From: Octopus vulgaris
Taxonomy: Eukaryota
Direction of reading: 5' to 3'
Length of the DNA stretch: 64,000 bases
NCBI GenBank assembly: GCA_951406725.2
Contig: OX597822.1
Span: 116,932,001 to 116,996,000 of the forward strand
Below the pieces are notes generated by a model. It worked only from the letters and a program-made list of their open reading frames with translations, did no database searches and had not been told where the DNA came from. Positions 25,815-39,314 of the stretch are shown here, piece by piece. Position 1 is the stretch's first letter. Each line of letters begins with the position of its first letter. The position numbers and the translations under genes are program-made.

Positions 25815-27321
25815 ACGACGGGCTTGTTTCAGTTTCTATCTACCAAATCCACTCACAAGGCTTTGGTTGGCCCGAAGCTATAGTAGAAGACACTTGCCCA
25901 AGGTGCCACACAGTGGGACTGAACCCAGAACCATGTGGTTGGTAAGCAAGCTACTTACCACACAGCCGCTCCTGTGCCTATGTATAAGACTAATTAAAAA
26001 ATATTTTTCAATACAATTAAGTTGCAAATTCTTGTACAAGCAACAGTGGGAATCTGTCAGGTAAAATGATGCTGTTTAATGCTCAGCAATTCCCATGTGG
26101 TCCATAACTTTAATCTAGGATTTTCTGAGATACCATGTGAAGCACAGATGTCAAACTGCATCAAGTATTTCAACTCTTGTTTAGCAACAGTTTCATGTTC
26201 AAGCACACATCTTCTTGTATGGGCAAAAACAGGATGTTGTCTTTTAGTTTTGATTTCATGCATAACATTATGAAGCACAGGTGCATTGCTTAACCCTTCA
26301 GCTTTCATATTTCTTTGTCAAATGTATTGCTTACACATTCACATTGCTTTCAATTAATTGTGCATTATCTTGTTGCATCAAGACTTCAATGGTGTGTTCA
26401 TGTATTTCTAGAATGACATTGTAGGGTAGGTGTGAGAGGTTGGATCTCGTCAGTTTTAACATAACACAGGTAGAATATGGCCAGATTAAATGCAAAAGAG
26501 TTAATGGGGATCTAATGATTTTGACTTGGTGAGACATTTTGAATACACGGTCTGAGGTCCTGCAATATATCTAAGTGAACCGCCGTATGAGAAGGTTGCT
26601 TTGGCCGTAATATTTCTGTTGATACCCTGGGTTGGTAGTGTCGTCCACAAAGAGTGACGATAAAACAATAATTGTTAATGTTTTAAGAAATTAGAACTAC
26701 TGACAGGATTGTGGATATCTTCAGTGTCAAAACCCTAAATCTAGATTTAGGGAGTGTCTATCAAATGTTGTGATTGAGCTTCTATCAATGGCTGGTAGAC
26801 GTCAGCCCATTTATGGTTGCTGTCTTTCTTCATGAGTTGACAGAATGACAGTGATCTCAGAGCTGGTATTTCATCATCATCATTTAATGTCTGTTGTCCA
26901 TGCTGGCATGGGTTGGATGGTTTGACCAGAGGTGGTAAGCTGGAAGGCTGCACCAGACTCCAGTCTGAGTTGGCAAGGGTTTCTACAGCTATATGCCCTT
27001 CCTAATGCCAACCACTTTACTTGCTGGGTGCTTTTACGTGGTACTGCATGGTCCCTTTTATGTGACACAGCACAGGTGCCTTTATGTGGTATTGCATGGG
27101 CACTTACGAAATGAAATCACTCATTTGTTTTAAATTTGATAAAGTACTATATACATCGATTCAAGAAAGTTTCTCAAGACAAACACTACAGATTTGCAGC
27201 TTTTGATAGAACGCCTACATTAAGTAAGATATATTGCATGTTGTCCCAATAACTCATTTCTGATTTGCTATTATTTCCAGCAGGTCAAACAACCAGATAG
27301 AGGCTCCCTTGATGACTTGTA

Positions 27322-28797
27322 TGGGGTCTGATCAATAAGTATCTGGACTAGTGCTATAGAAACAAAACTACGACACGTACCAATTTGGCATTTAAGCTCC
27401 TTCAAAGTAGTCCTCTTTGGAAGTCACACAATCCAGCGCTGTTTCCATTGATGGAAGCATTCCTGGAACTCGTTTTCTGGGATAATCAGCAGCTGCCTCA
27501 TTGCATTCCCTTTGATTTCCTCAACGTCCTGAAATCTTACTTTCAAGCGGGATTTGATTTTTGGAAAGAGGAAAAAGTTGCAAAGGATGAGATCTGGGGA
27601 ATACGGAAACTGTCGGACCTGGGGAATGCTGTGCCTAGTCAAAAACTGGTGCACAAGCTGCGCTGAATGGGCAGGTGCATTGTCATGGTGCAACTGCCAC
27701 TCACCAGACACATGCAATTGTGGCCTTTTCCAACAAATAGCATCTCACAAACACCGGAAAACGTCACGGTAGTACTCGTTTTCTGTCTGACCAGGTGGAG
27801 CATGATGAAAAATCCCCTTGTAGTCGAAGAAAATGGTCACATTGCTTTGATTCATTTGTGCTTTCTTCGATCTTGGAGATATTGGGGTCTTCCATTGTGA
27901 AGACCGAGCCTTTGTTTCTGGGTCGTAGCCACAGACCCATGAGTCATCACTTTTTTTTTTTTTTTTTTTTTGTACTTGTTTCAGTCATTTGACTGCGGCC
28001 ATGCTGGAGCACCGCCTTTAGAGTGGTGAAAGAGTACAGCAGGGATCACCACCACCATCCCTGCCGGAGCCTCGTGGAGCTTTTAGGTGTTTTCGCTCAA
28101 TAAACACACACAACGCCCGGTCTGGGAATCGAAACCGCGATCCTCCGACCGCAAGTCCGCTGCCCTAACCACTAGGCCATTGCGCCTCCACTTGTTAAGA
28201 CTGTTTTCAAAAAGTTTCCATCATTCCCAACACAATCAAGGAGATCTTGTGCAACTGAAACCCGAGGGTCTTTTTGGTCAGATGAAAGCAGTTTTGGCAC
28301 AAACTTGGCAGATACACATCTCATACCCAAATCTTCAGTGATAATGGATTGAACTGAACCATAACTAATCTGTACATAAAATCCTCTGATAAATCACAGA
28401 CGGTGATCTGACGATTTCCCCTCACAGCTACACACACATCTGCAATGTTTTTCTCAGTTCTGCTGGTTTTGGGTCTCCCAGAACGTTTGATATTTTTTCG
28501 GTCATACACTCCTCTCCGTACACTTTTTGCAACTTCGTGTAGGTTTCTGCCAAGCTTTTGGCAAAATTTGATGCAAATTCTCTGCTCAACTTTCTCAGTC
28601 ACGGTCAATGCGATGATCACACACTACACACGTTCCTTCCAAGCACTGCTGTAAACAGCAGAAGCAAGCTAGAACGTTAAAGGTTAGTGTGCATGCGCTG
28701 TAGAGTTCAAGGTCAAACTGTGCCATGCGGCTTTACTCTGCCTGCTTTAGCTTCGTCACTATGGCAACAGTCTGGATACTTATTGATCAGACCAAGT
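27322..28797 (-). mobile_element. Mariner transposon (decayed transposase, both TIRs), interrupted by SINE fragments at about 27950-28191
   Basis: TIRs ggtctgatcaataagtatctggact / agtctggatacttattgatcagacc. ORF pieces VEQRICIKFCQKLG, RSGRPKTS, WQLHHDNAPAH, PYSPDL..CNFFLFPKIK. Confidence 0.9.
28020..28190 (-). mobile_element. Young tRNA-headed SINE fragment, family F
   Basis: ggaggcgcaatggcctagtggttagggcagcgg...gcggtttcgattccc head with intact CpGs, followed by a non-tRNA body. Confidence 0.6.
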
Positions 28798-29509
28798 ATT
28801 TTGAGATATCAAAAGATAAAAATTCCACCATTTGCTTATCTAACTTCTCTCACTTTTTCTCTCTTTCCACCCCCGACCTTTATTTATAAATATTTTCCTT
28901 TTAATGGTGTTCTAAGCCTCATATACTTATGAATTAAGTATGATGAATCAACAGAAACAGTCAAGCGTTTGACAAAAATACCTTCAAGTATTTGATTTGG
29001 TTCTTTATTTTATATTCTAAGAACTCAATCAAGCATAGTATGGTTGTCTATATCTAGTGAAAAAAAAAGAAAAAAAAAAGGAAAGCCCTTTTGTGCTTTT
29101 GTATGAAAATAATTCCATGACAAACACACAGCACATGTTGTTAAGGTCATGAAAAACCATTCACTGAGCTGAGAGTACAAGACAAACTAAATGAGTGTAC
29201 TCCACTAAACCAGTTTATGTGGTAAAATATATATAAATAAATAAAGAAAGAAAGAAAGCAAGAAGAAAATAATAACACTGCAAGGAAGAGGTGGAAGAAA
29301 TGTTGAGAAGTAGTAGTTGTGGATATATATAAAGTAGAAGTAGGCCAGAAGAAGTTTTGGCATGAAGTGGCTTGGTCGAATCTCATAAGGTTTGCTGTTC
29401 TAAATGAAAATGGTCCAAGACTGAGTTATCGGCCTAATTAAAACCATACATTAAATTATTGAGAAATTGATTAGAGGATATTTATGTTGAATTGGCAAAG
29501 GTGAATAAT

Positions 29510-30455
29510 AATAATAATTCCTTTTAATTCTGACACAAAGCCAGCAATCTCAAAGGGAAGGGGAAGTTGATTACATTGACTCTAGCGTTCAACTGGTACT
29601 TATTTCCTTGACCCCAGTACTCAACTGGTACTTATTTCATCAACTCCTAAAGGATGAAAGGCAAAGTTGATCTTGGTGACATTTGAACTCAGAACATAGA
29701 GACAGACAACATTCAGCTAGCCATTTTGCCCGATGTGCTAAAGATTCTTTGAGTTCACCACAATAATAATAATAATAATCGTTTCAAATTTTGAAACAAC
29801 ACCAGAAATTTCAGGTGAGAGATATGTCGAATGCATTGACCCCAAGTGTTTACCTAGTACTTATTTTATTGACCTTAAAGTCAACCTCAGCAGAATTTGA
29901 ACTCAGAAAGTAAAGACAGAGGAAATGCCACTAAATCGGTTTCAAATGTTGGCACAAAGCCAGAAACTTCAGGGGAGTTGGGTAAGTTGATTACATTAAC
30001 CCCAGTACTCAACTGGTATTTATTTTATCGACACTGATAAAATTCCTTGGTCTAGGAATTGAAACCACAATCTCACAATCATGAGTGCAACACCCTAACC
30101 ACCAGGCCATTACAATAATAATCTTTTCTACTAAAGGCACAAGGCCTGGAATTTGTAGGGAGGCAATAGTTGATTACACTGACCCCAATGTTTCACTGGT
30201 ATGTAATTTATTGACCCTGAAAGGATGAAAGGCAAAGTTGACTGCGGTGGAATTTGAACTCAGAGCATAAGGACAGACGAAATACTGCTAAGCATTTCGC
30301 CTGCTGTGATAACGATTCTGCCAGTTTGCCAACTTATATAATAATAATAATAATAATCCTGAAATTTTAGGGGAGGGGCCTAGTCCATCACATCGACCCC
30401 TGTGCTTCACTGGTACTTAATTTATCGTCCCCAAAAGGATGAAAGGCAAAGTTGA
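29510..30455 (-). repeat. Head-to-tail cluster of family B-related SINEs
   Basis: About 5 units separated by (AAT)n, all in the same orientation. Confidence 0.7.
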
Positions 30456-30479
30456 CTGTCCTTATCTCCACTGTAGCAC

Positions 30480-30710
30480 AAGGTGGATGGATCTACAATA
30501 CAAGACTGTTCCATTCCTCTAAGACTTGCACCATCTCATCTGTGAAGCCCAGTACTTGGATATCTAATCTCACTATTTCATTCCACGTCTTCCTTGGTTA
30601 CCCTTGGCCAGAGACACCATCTAATATCAACTCCCAACACTTTTTTTAACATGGCATGCATCCTCCATTCACTCTGCATGTCTCTGTACCAATGCAGCTG
30701 AGCTCTCTGG
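30480..30710 (-). pseudogene. RTE-like LINE C-terminal fragment
   Basis: LHWYRDM...EDACHVKKS...LDGVSGQG*PRKTWNEIV parallels the C-terminus of the RTE at 62219-62422. Confidence 0.55.
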
Positions 30711-31983
30711 CATACATTACCTTAGTGCATGGGAGCACACATGCCCCACATATATGCGCATAATACCCACACAATAGCTTAACTACAATTGCCCTCAACT
30801 TTGTATGTAAATTCAATCATCATCATCATCATCATTTCTACTATTTGACGTCATTTTCTGTTTATAAATTCTTCCATCCCTATCACTGCTGGAAAACACC
30901 TTTCTACCACTAGAACCTGCACCACACTCAACACCACCACAACTGTCTCTTCATCTTACCACCACCACCACCACCACCGCAATCAGCAGTACCACCATCA
31001 CCAGCCCTTTACCATCACTGAAAGTACGACTCACCTCTCATCCCCACAACCACCACCGCTGGTCCTAACCCCCACCACCACCACCAATGGCCTTCCACCC
31101 TCCATCCCCTACAAAACATAAACCCAGCTTCGTACACAGCTGACATCACATCCACATCCTTCCACTACTCACCAGATGCAGCTGCACCGCCCACCCCGAA
31201 CCCTACCCACCACCCTGCTCCGCCCACTCCAAAAGCCTGGTTCCAAAAACAAACAGATTTAAAAGAGGCACCTACTCAATAAACCATTTCCCTTTGTGCC
31301 AACAAGGGAGCTATGACCTGCTAGAAATGATAGCTAAATCTTTTTTTTTCAAATCATACCACTTTGCAGTTATGTGGTTTCAAATTGCATCCCACTGCGT
31401 GGCACCTTGGACGAGTGTTTTCTATAGCGCCGTCCTATCCAATGCTCTGAGAGTGAATTTAGTTGATGGAAATGGTGGAAGTTCATTGTATGCATATGTA
31501 TATATATATATCTGTTTCTTTATTGCTCACAGGGGGCTAAACATAGAGAGGACAAACAAGGACAGACAAACGGATTAAGTCGATTACATCAACCCCAGTG
31601 CATAACTGGTACTTATTTAATCGACCCCGAAAGGATGAAAGGCAAAGTCGACCTCGGCGGAATTTGAACTCAGAACGCAACGACAGACACAATACTGCTA
31701 AGCATTTCGCCCGGTGTGCTAACGTTTCTGCCAGCTCGCCGCCAATATATGTATATATATATATATATATCTGTGTGCATGTGTGTGTGTGTGTGTGTGT
31801 TGCCCTCACTGCTTGACAACTGGCGATGGTTTGTTTATATCCTTGTAACTTAGTGGTTCAATAAATGAGACTGCTAGAATAAATACCAGACTCAGAATAA
31901 AGCACTAGGTCAATTTGTTTGACAAAATCCTTCAAGGTGGTGCCCCAGCATGGCCACAGTCTAATAACTGTGATGAATATAAA

Positions 31984-32152
31984 GGTTAAAAGAAGAAGAA
32001 AAAGGTGAAGAATAAGGTAGATAAGAAAGAAGAGGAAGAAAGGAGGTGAAGAATAAGGTGGAAGAGAAAGGTGAAGGTGAAGAAGAAGAGGAAAGAGGAG
32101 GAGGAGGAGGAAAAGAAGAAGGAGAAGGTAGAGAAGATGGAGAAAAAGAAGA
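31984..32152. repeat. (GAA/GGA)n polypurine tract
   Basis: Seen directly; it explains the K/E-rich ORFs. Confidence 0.85.
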
Positions 32153-34432
32153 GCAACTTCAAGTGCATCCAACCAGCAACATCAAAATCTCCAGACACAG
32201 AAATGGAGAACAGAGAAAGTACAAGTCAAAACTGCAATACTGCACCATATGCAACTAAACACTGCACGCCATAATGTGCACTACAGTGGGGGGGGGAGGC
32301 TCATCTGCAGCCATGGACTGCACTTAGTTGTTTGGGTGAGTCACCAACATGCCCTAGAATTGCTCACCTGTAAACCAGGTAGATGATACCATCTGTGCAG
32401 GAGCATGTGCTGACATTTTCTTGCAGAGGTGAGACAAGATTGCTGTCTTGGGTTGGCAGTGATTAAGCAGACCTACTTACGAATCAAAGGCAATCCAGCC
32501 ATGACCACATTACCTAACTTGTTTCTTTTTTTCCAACACAGTAGCGCGAGATTGGAGGAGATTTGGCTTCTATTTCTAGCAGAATGAGTGACCACCCAGA
32601 GGCTCATGCAGTGGCTCAGTGTGAAGATGTTGGTGGTGGTGGCTGCAGTAGTAACAGTAGTGGTGGTGGTGGTGGGGGGAGAGGCTGTGGGGGGGAGGGT
32701 TGTGATGCTGATGGACTGGAAGATGAACAAACCTGTGGGGATGGAGGAGGAGGAGGAGGAAGCAGGGGTTTGAGCATAACATCAGGTTATAAATATTTAA
32801 GCATGTACCTGGTTTACACCTGCATTTCTTATGCAGTTCATAGCATCATCATCATCATCATCATCTGACCATCGTAAGGACAAATTAAAACAGAGAAGAA
32901 AGCGTTCAGCTCCTCGCTCCAATTTGGCAGTCCTTGTTGTTTAGCCCCAGGCCAGCCTTCATCAAGTAGATCAGTAGCTAAAGGCACTCCAGTCACGACA
33001 GTGTGCCTAAGACTACATTATCTAATGTGCACTTTTAGCTGTGATTTGAGGAGGATTTGGTTGCTATTTCTGGTAGATTGCGTGACCCTGTAGAGGTTAC
33101 CTTGTTGGTTTAATGGAGGATCAATAATAAAAGGTGGAGGGTGAGGATGCAGCGGTGAGAGGAGAATGTTGTATAAAAGAGCAGTAATCAAAGAAGCAAG
33201 GGGGTGAGAGAGAGAGAGAGAGAGAGAATGAGAGGGTTAGAGAAAGAGAGGAAGGAGAGAACAACAAACAAAAAACTATGGAATAAAAACAATGTGAACC
33301 TGCTTTTACTTCTAGTCGTCAGATTAAATGATGGTGATGATGATGATGGTGATGGTGTTCATTTACCAATTTGAGTTCCATAGACACAATATCTAGAGTT
33401 GATGGAAGGCATTGAGCTGGCAAAACCGTTAGCACGCCGGGCAAAATGCATAGCTGTATTTCGTCTGCCGTTACGTTCTGAGTTCAAATTCCGCCGAGGT
33501 CAACTTTGCCTTTCATCCTTTCGGGGTCGATAAATTAAGTACCAGTTACGCACTGGGGTCGATGTAATCGACTTAATCCATTTGTCTGTCCTTGTTTGTC
33601 CCTTCTGTGTTTAGCCCCTTGTAGGTAATAAAGAAAGATATCTAGAGTTGGTGCTAGTCACAGAAATAATGTGGTTGTGGTGGCTTACATCCTTTTCCAC
33701 CCTTAAGATATCATTGTTTAGCGTCTGCTTTCCATGCTAGCATGGGTTGGACTGTAACTAACATTAAAGAGATTTGTTTGAGATTCTCAACTGTAGTCGT
33801 TCACCACTGGAAGTTGGTTAAATCTGTTGCTGGCCACTGCAGGGAATGGATTTTCATCTCCCTCTGATATTTATTGCCTTTTTAACACAGCAAGCGCATA
33901 AGAGACATCTTCTCAGGAAAAAATACTGCAGCAACTGGCTTACTGACAATGTGTAAACATTAAGTTGGTGATATAAAGTGTTATTGCAATTAAAAACCGC
34001 CTCACCTGTGTATACTGGATTTTAAATCGGGGAGGGGGGGGCATTTGCAACATCAGTGAATGTTAATATTCAGTTTTACCTATATGAAAGACAGTATTCT
34101 GAAAGGGCCCAAAATGGCTGAAATGCATCCTGTGCTTTTGCAGGATTGAATTTTCATTTCTTTCTCTCTCTGATATCTGTTGTTTTTAACTCAGCAAGTC
34201 CATAAGAGATGTCTCAGGACAAATATTGCACCAACTGGCATATCGACAGGGTGCATATACATTTTTTATGATACATAGGTCACTGTTTTAATTAAATACT
34301 GCTTCAGTTGCATATACTGGATACACACACACACACACACACACATATATACAGGCATCTCCTACATTATGAAAACCTAAGTTACAGAATTCCAAACTTA
34401 CAGAAAACAGCAAAGCAGTGACCACTAACTTT

Positions 34433-35186
34433 AGGATGTAATATGTAATATCAAATGGAAATTGTAGTTGTGATACCTGTGCTGGTGGCACGTAAAAAGC
34501 ACCATCTGAACGTGGCCAATGCCAGTGCCACCCTGACTGGCTTTTTCTTCAGCAACCCTGCGTGAAAAATGTTTCCGAAAGTCATGGGAGCTGTGCTGTT
34601 TTCTGACTTTGTAGGCATGTCCACGTGTGTTAGACACATGGAGATCAAAAAGGTGTTCAGTGTTGTTGTTGGTGAGGTGGTTGATAACCTTGTGGGTGTT
34701 TACCAAGTCCGTCGCCAGACGCCGGAGCTTCAGTGAATCCATGCCCAAGGAAACAAGGGGCTCAGAATATGGTAGGTGTCTGATGAGGATGTAATATGTA
34801 ATATCAAATGGAAATTGTAGTTGTGATACCTGTGCCGGTGGCACGTAAAAAGCACCATCTGAACGTGGCCAATGCCAGTGCCACCCTGACTGGCTTCTGT
34901 GCCAGTGGCACGTAAAAAGCACCAACTGATCGTGGCTGCCTCCCCTGGCACGTAAAAAGCACCAACTGATCGTGGCTGCTGCCAGCCTCCCCTGGCACCT
35001 GTGCCGGTGACACGTAAAAAGCACCCCTACACTCATGGAGTGGTTGGCGTCAGGAAGGGCATCCAGCTGTAGAAACACTACCAGATGAGACTGGAGCCTG
35101 GTGCAGCCTCCTGGCTTCCCAGACCCCAGTCAAACCGTCCAACCCGTGCTAGCACGGAAAACGGACGCTAAACAATGATGATGATG
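34433..35186 (+). mobile_element. RTE 3' UTR insertion with a ~110-bp duplication enclosing an antisense CR1 fragment (34545-34785)
   Basis: Direct repeats at 34433-34543 and 34786-34894. The insert encodes HLPYSEPLVSLGMDSLKLRRLATDL...NTRGHAYKV...RKHFS on the minus strand. (GAT)n tail. Confidence 0.75.
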
Positions 35187-37245
35187 AAATGATCTTAACA
35201 TTGTTTTTACTTTACATAAAATATTCTTTACATTCTTTTGTTGTTTTATTGCTATTTATTTACAAGTATTATAAATTTTACAGGTAAAATATTTTTCTGG
35301 GAACAAATTACAATTTATAACATTGCAACTATGGAAAATTATTGCTCTACTTTATAAATTTTTGCTTTACTAGCAGTCTCTGGGAATAAATTAACTTGTA
35401 TATCAAGGCATTACTGTAATTTACTAATTCAGGTATCTACATAAAAGCTTCCACAATAAACTGATTCCATATAACATAGAGGAAGTGGGTCTTTTGAAAA
35501 CAAAAAAACATCCCCCAAACACATGTTACCTTTCAGTAGATGAAAGGAAATATTGAAATGACAGGAGTTTTTAACTCAGATTAAAAATAACGTCGGGCAA
35601 TGAACTAGTTATATACTAAAGCTCATGGCCTAGATCTCTGTCAATAACACAGGAAGGTTTGTGTAGTGAACCATGATTATGAAGGTATGTAATATACATT
35701 TATACATACACACATGCTCATACATAGAACCATCCATTCAAGTAAGCACTAGACAAAATTAGTACTCACTACAAGAGGCAGACTTTTTATAGGTTATGTT
35801 TTGAGGCTGAATAATCTTCACAAATTCACAGATTTCTAGTTCCTTTTACATCCATTTGTTCTTTTATTCTTTATGGTTATTTTCTTATATTGGCACAGCT
35901 TGGATTTGCACAAGTATTTACTTGAGGCAGTTTACTTATATCTGGACTTCCTTGAAAAATCCCTGAGCTACAAGCAGTTACACTCTTGTGTCACTTGCTC
36001 CGTCAACAAATCGTTTGCTGGCTCTGCACCTTCGTAAACATGTGGAATGAGACGTCCTTAACTTGTAGAACAGCTGAGGGTTAGTGACATGAAGAGCACC
36101 TGGCTTTAGAACAATTCCTCAGTAATATATACATCTAAACCATACATTGGAACAAAAAAAAAAGGATGTAAAAAATAAGCATATATACACATACATGTTT
36201 CCCTAAACTCATCCTTTATCAACTGTGAAAGGATGAAAACTAAGATCTCCTGGGAGAGATTTGAACTCAGGCACAAATTATCGGAACAAATACTGTAGTG
36301 CATTCACTGCAACCCTCTAACAACTCTGCCTGTTCCCCTTTTCTGTTACTTGTGGTAATGCTGTGGGCCCTGCCCTGAAGGGTTTTAGTCAAACAGTTTG
36401 ACTCCAGTATTTTTTTATGTTTTGTACTCATTTCTATTGGTTCCTTTTGCGTACATGGATGTAAACAAACCAACACCAGCTGTCGAGTGGTGGTGCCGAC
36501 GAAAACAAAAAAACACACACACACACACATACATACATACATAATTACATACATACATACATTCACAAGGCATCAGTCATCTAAAGGACACTTGCAAAAA
36601 GTGCTGCACAGTTGGACCAAACCCAAAACCACATGGTAGCAAAGCGGGTGATGACAAGAATTGATGGTGGTGGGATGGGAAGGTATAGACTGGACAGCAG
36701 GTGACTTTGGAGGAATATGTACCAAAAAAAAATCCATGGGAGGGGTGCTTGCATCAGGTTTATACAGGAGGTTGGGTCTTCTGCAACAAAAAAGCATTCC
36801 CAATTGACATGGTATTCAGTCATCTTCATCAGATAAAACATCTTGAAATAATTCTTCATCATCTCTTCCTGATTCTTTCTTGGTCTTCCGTCTGTGTTTG
36901 TGTGTGCGTGTAAATATCTATATATATAAAACTGAGAATGTGTATGTGTCTGTCAATCTGTATAAGTGCATCACTAAAAGTCAAGAACCACCCAACGGGT
37001 TTCATTCAAATTTTACACATGCCTTACTTAGGGTCCTTGCAGTGTCGTGGGCCAAAAATGTTTTCAACTTCTTGCCTAATCCGAGCCCAGAGCAGTTTCT
37101 TTTCTCTTACACTATTTCAGTATTACATGTCAAAAGTGAAACAATAACATCTCTATTGTAATGTGAGATATTGCATTGCTCGTGTGTGTATATACATATA
37201 TACATACTTATACATGTATGTATATATACACATACATATATATAT

Positions 37246-37286
<41 letters not shown>

Positions 37287-37290
<4 letters not shown>

Positions 37291-37667
37291 GTGGTGAAGC
37301 ACGATCTTCGAACTTTAGGCCTCACTGAGGAAATGACCAGCGACCGAGACCTTTGGAAATATGCTGTACGTGAGAAGACCAGGCAGGACAAGTGAGGCCA
37401 GCCCACTTATGCATGCCTTTCCTCCCTTGGACACAAAGACCTGTTGAGGCACCAGCCTCGCCTGGCACCTGTGCGGGTGGCTCGTAAAAAGCACCCACTA
37501 CACTCACGGAGTGGTTGGCGTTAGGAAGGGCATCCAGCTGTAGAAACATTGCCAGATAAGACTGGAGCCTGGTGCAGCCTTCTGGCTTCCCAGATCCCCG
37601 GTCGAACCGTCCAACCCATGGAGAACGGATGTTAAACGATGATGATGATGATGATGATGATGATGAT
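37287..37667 (+). mobile_element. 5'-truncated RTE LINE 3' end
   Basis: EVVKHDLRTLGLTEEMTSDRDLWKYAVREKTRQDK*, a shortened 3' UTR and a (GAT)n tail. Confidence 0.85.
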
Positions 37668-37676
37668 ATATATATC

Positions 37677-37864
37677 AAAATGTAACATGTGAATCATTGG
37701 TGATTTTTTTACCCCTGTCTTCCTTTTCTATTGGACATTCCTCTGTCTCCTGTTTCTGAAGAAGAGCTTTGCTCAAAATGTAAAACAACCTTTCTTTCCT
37801 TCCCTGAGCATCTTCTAATACTTTACATGTACCACGTCCTTGCGTTGTTGCTTTTTGGGATTTA

Positions 37865-37866
<2 letters not shown>
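37677..37866 (+). mobile_element. TA-flanked hammerhead-carrying short element (core 37752-37786, CpG-decayed)
   Basis: GTTT-CTGAAGA-A-GAGC-ttt-GCTC-AAAAT-GTA-AAAC, with flanks homologous to 16590-16784. Confidence 0.6.
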
Positions 37867-37913
<47 letters not shown>

Positions 37914-37939
37914 CAAATCAAAATAGATGAACATCAATG

Positions 37940-38412
37940 GAATTTGTATCTTTGTGGTACCAGTGCCGGTGGCACACAAGAAAACCATCCGAACGTGGCC
38001 GTACCCAGTACCGCATCGAATGGCCTCCGTGCTGTGGGCACGTAAGAAACACCATCCGATCGTGGCCGTTCGTCAGCCTCGTCTGGCACCTGTGTCGGTG
38101 GCACATAAAAACACCATCCGAGCGTGGCCGTTCGCCAGCCTCGTCTGGCACCTGTGTCGGTGGCACATAAAAACACCATCCGAGCGTGGCCGTTCGCCAC
38201 CCTCGTCTGGCACCTGTGTCGGTGGCACATAAAATCACCCACTACACTCTTGGAGTGGTTGGCGTTAGGAAGGGCATCCAGCTGTAGAAACACTGCCAGA
38301 TCTGACTGGCCTGGTGCAGCCTTCGGGCTCCCCAGACCCCAGTTGAACCGTCCAACCCATGCTAGCATGGAAAGCGGACGTTAAATGATGATGATGATGA
38401 TGATGATGATGA
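37940..38412 (+). mobile_element. RTE 3' UTR with about five ~62-bp tandem units
   Basis: Unit gtggcacataaaaacaccatccgagcgtggccgttcgccagcctcgtctggcacctgtgtcg, then the RTE terminal segment and (GAT)n. Confidence 0.85.
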
Positions 38413-39216
38413 TATATATGTATATATAGATGTGTGTGTGCATGTGTGTCTGTGTTTCTACCCCTACCATCGCTTGACAACCGATGTTGTTGTGTTTACA
38501 TCCCCATAACTTAGCCGTTCAGCAAAACACTCTGATAGAATAAATACTAGGCTTACAAAGAATAAATCCTGGTGTCGATTTCTTCAACTAAAGGCAGTGC
38601 TCCAGCATGGCTGCAGTCACATGACCGAAACAAGTAACACAATAAAAAACTATGCCATTTTAATCCTGTGCAATGCTGGGTATCTCTTCTAGCATATACA
38701 CATACACATGTTTATATGATGGGCTTCCTGCAGTTTCCTTCTCCTAAATTCCTTCACAAAACAATGGTCAGCCTGGGATTATAGTTGAAGACACTTCCTC
38801 AAAGTACAGTGCAATGGAACTGATCGAGAAATGATGTGGTTGTGATGTTAACATCTTAATTATACTGCCAATATTTGCACCTGGGCAGTAGTCAACCTGG
38901 CTACAAGAATACAGGATATTTATGAACTAATTCTCATGACCATAGCCTAAAGCCTAAATTAAAGGTAGGACAATACACCAATGAGGATGTGTATATGTGA
39001 TTACTTGAGCTCCTAGAAATAGCATCCAAATTTCCCTTATCATCTGAAAAGAAGAAGGACACGTTGGATAACATGGGCCTCCATATATTATACTTGAAAA
39101 ATAATGGTAATGATCATGGTTTGAATGCCTTTGATTATAGGTCTGTTCAGTCAGAGTGACCAAGGGTTAAACAATAACAACAGCTACCAAAGGGAAATAT
39201 TTGAATGAGTACTGAC

Positions 39217-39314
39217 CTCATATCTTGAGGGGTTAAAAATATAAACTGGCGGGCTCTCTGCTCCTTTGCTACCTGCAACATCATGTCCATACAGATTCGA
39301 CGGTTGACCATATC
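39217..39314 (-). CDS. SMC6: SMC6 penultimate exon ([32 protein letters not shown] + 2 nt)
   Basis: Acceptor tttcctccag, donor gtcagt. 98 nt, continuing in frame from the previous exon (DVFM|DMVNRR). RQFI.LTPQ is the conserved SMC6 motif. Confidence 0.95.

Larger units (their letters stand above)
36917..38691 (+). mobile_element. Non-autonomous Helitron-like element hosting RTE, hammerhead-element and SINE insertions
   Basis: 5' TCTATATATATAAAA start and a 3' cctgtgcaatgctgggtat..CTAG end. Confidence 0.5.

Noticed and set aside
31858-32274. K/E-rich and L/F-rich ORFs resembling coiled-coil or membrane proteins
   Set aside because: Produced by a (GAA/GGA)n polypurine tract.
36800-36835. Minus-strand CTGATGA as a hammerhead core
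   Set aside because: No properly spaced GAAA or stem I.
38120-38165. HDV-like ribozyme suggested by GGCCG..CCAGCCUCGUCUGG
   Set aside because: No P1 or P2 pairing can be built, and the CCUCGU loop is not kept in sister units.
37960-38245. CRISPR-like regular repeats
   Set aside because: Units are contiguous tandem copies without unique spacers, belong to an RTE 3' UTR, and there are no cas genes; the context is eukaryotic.
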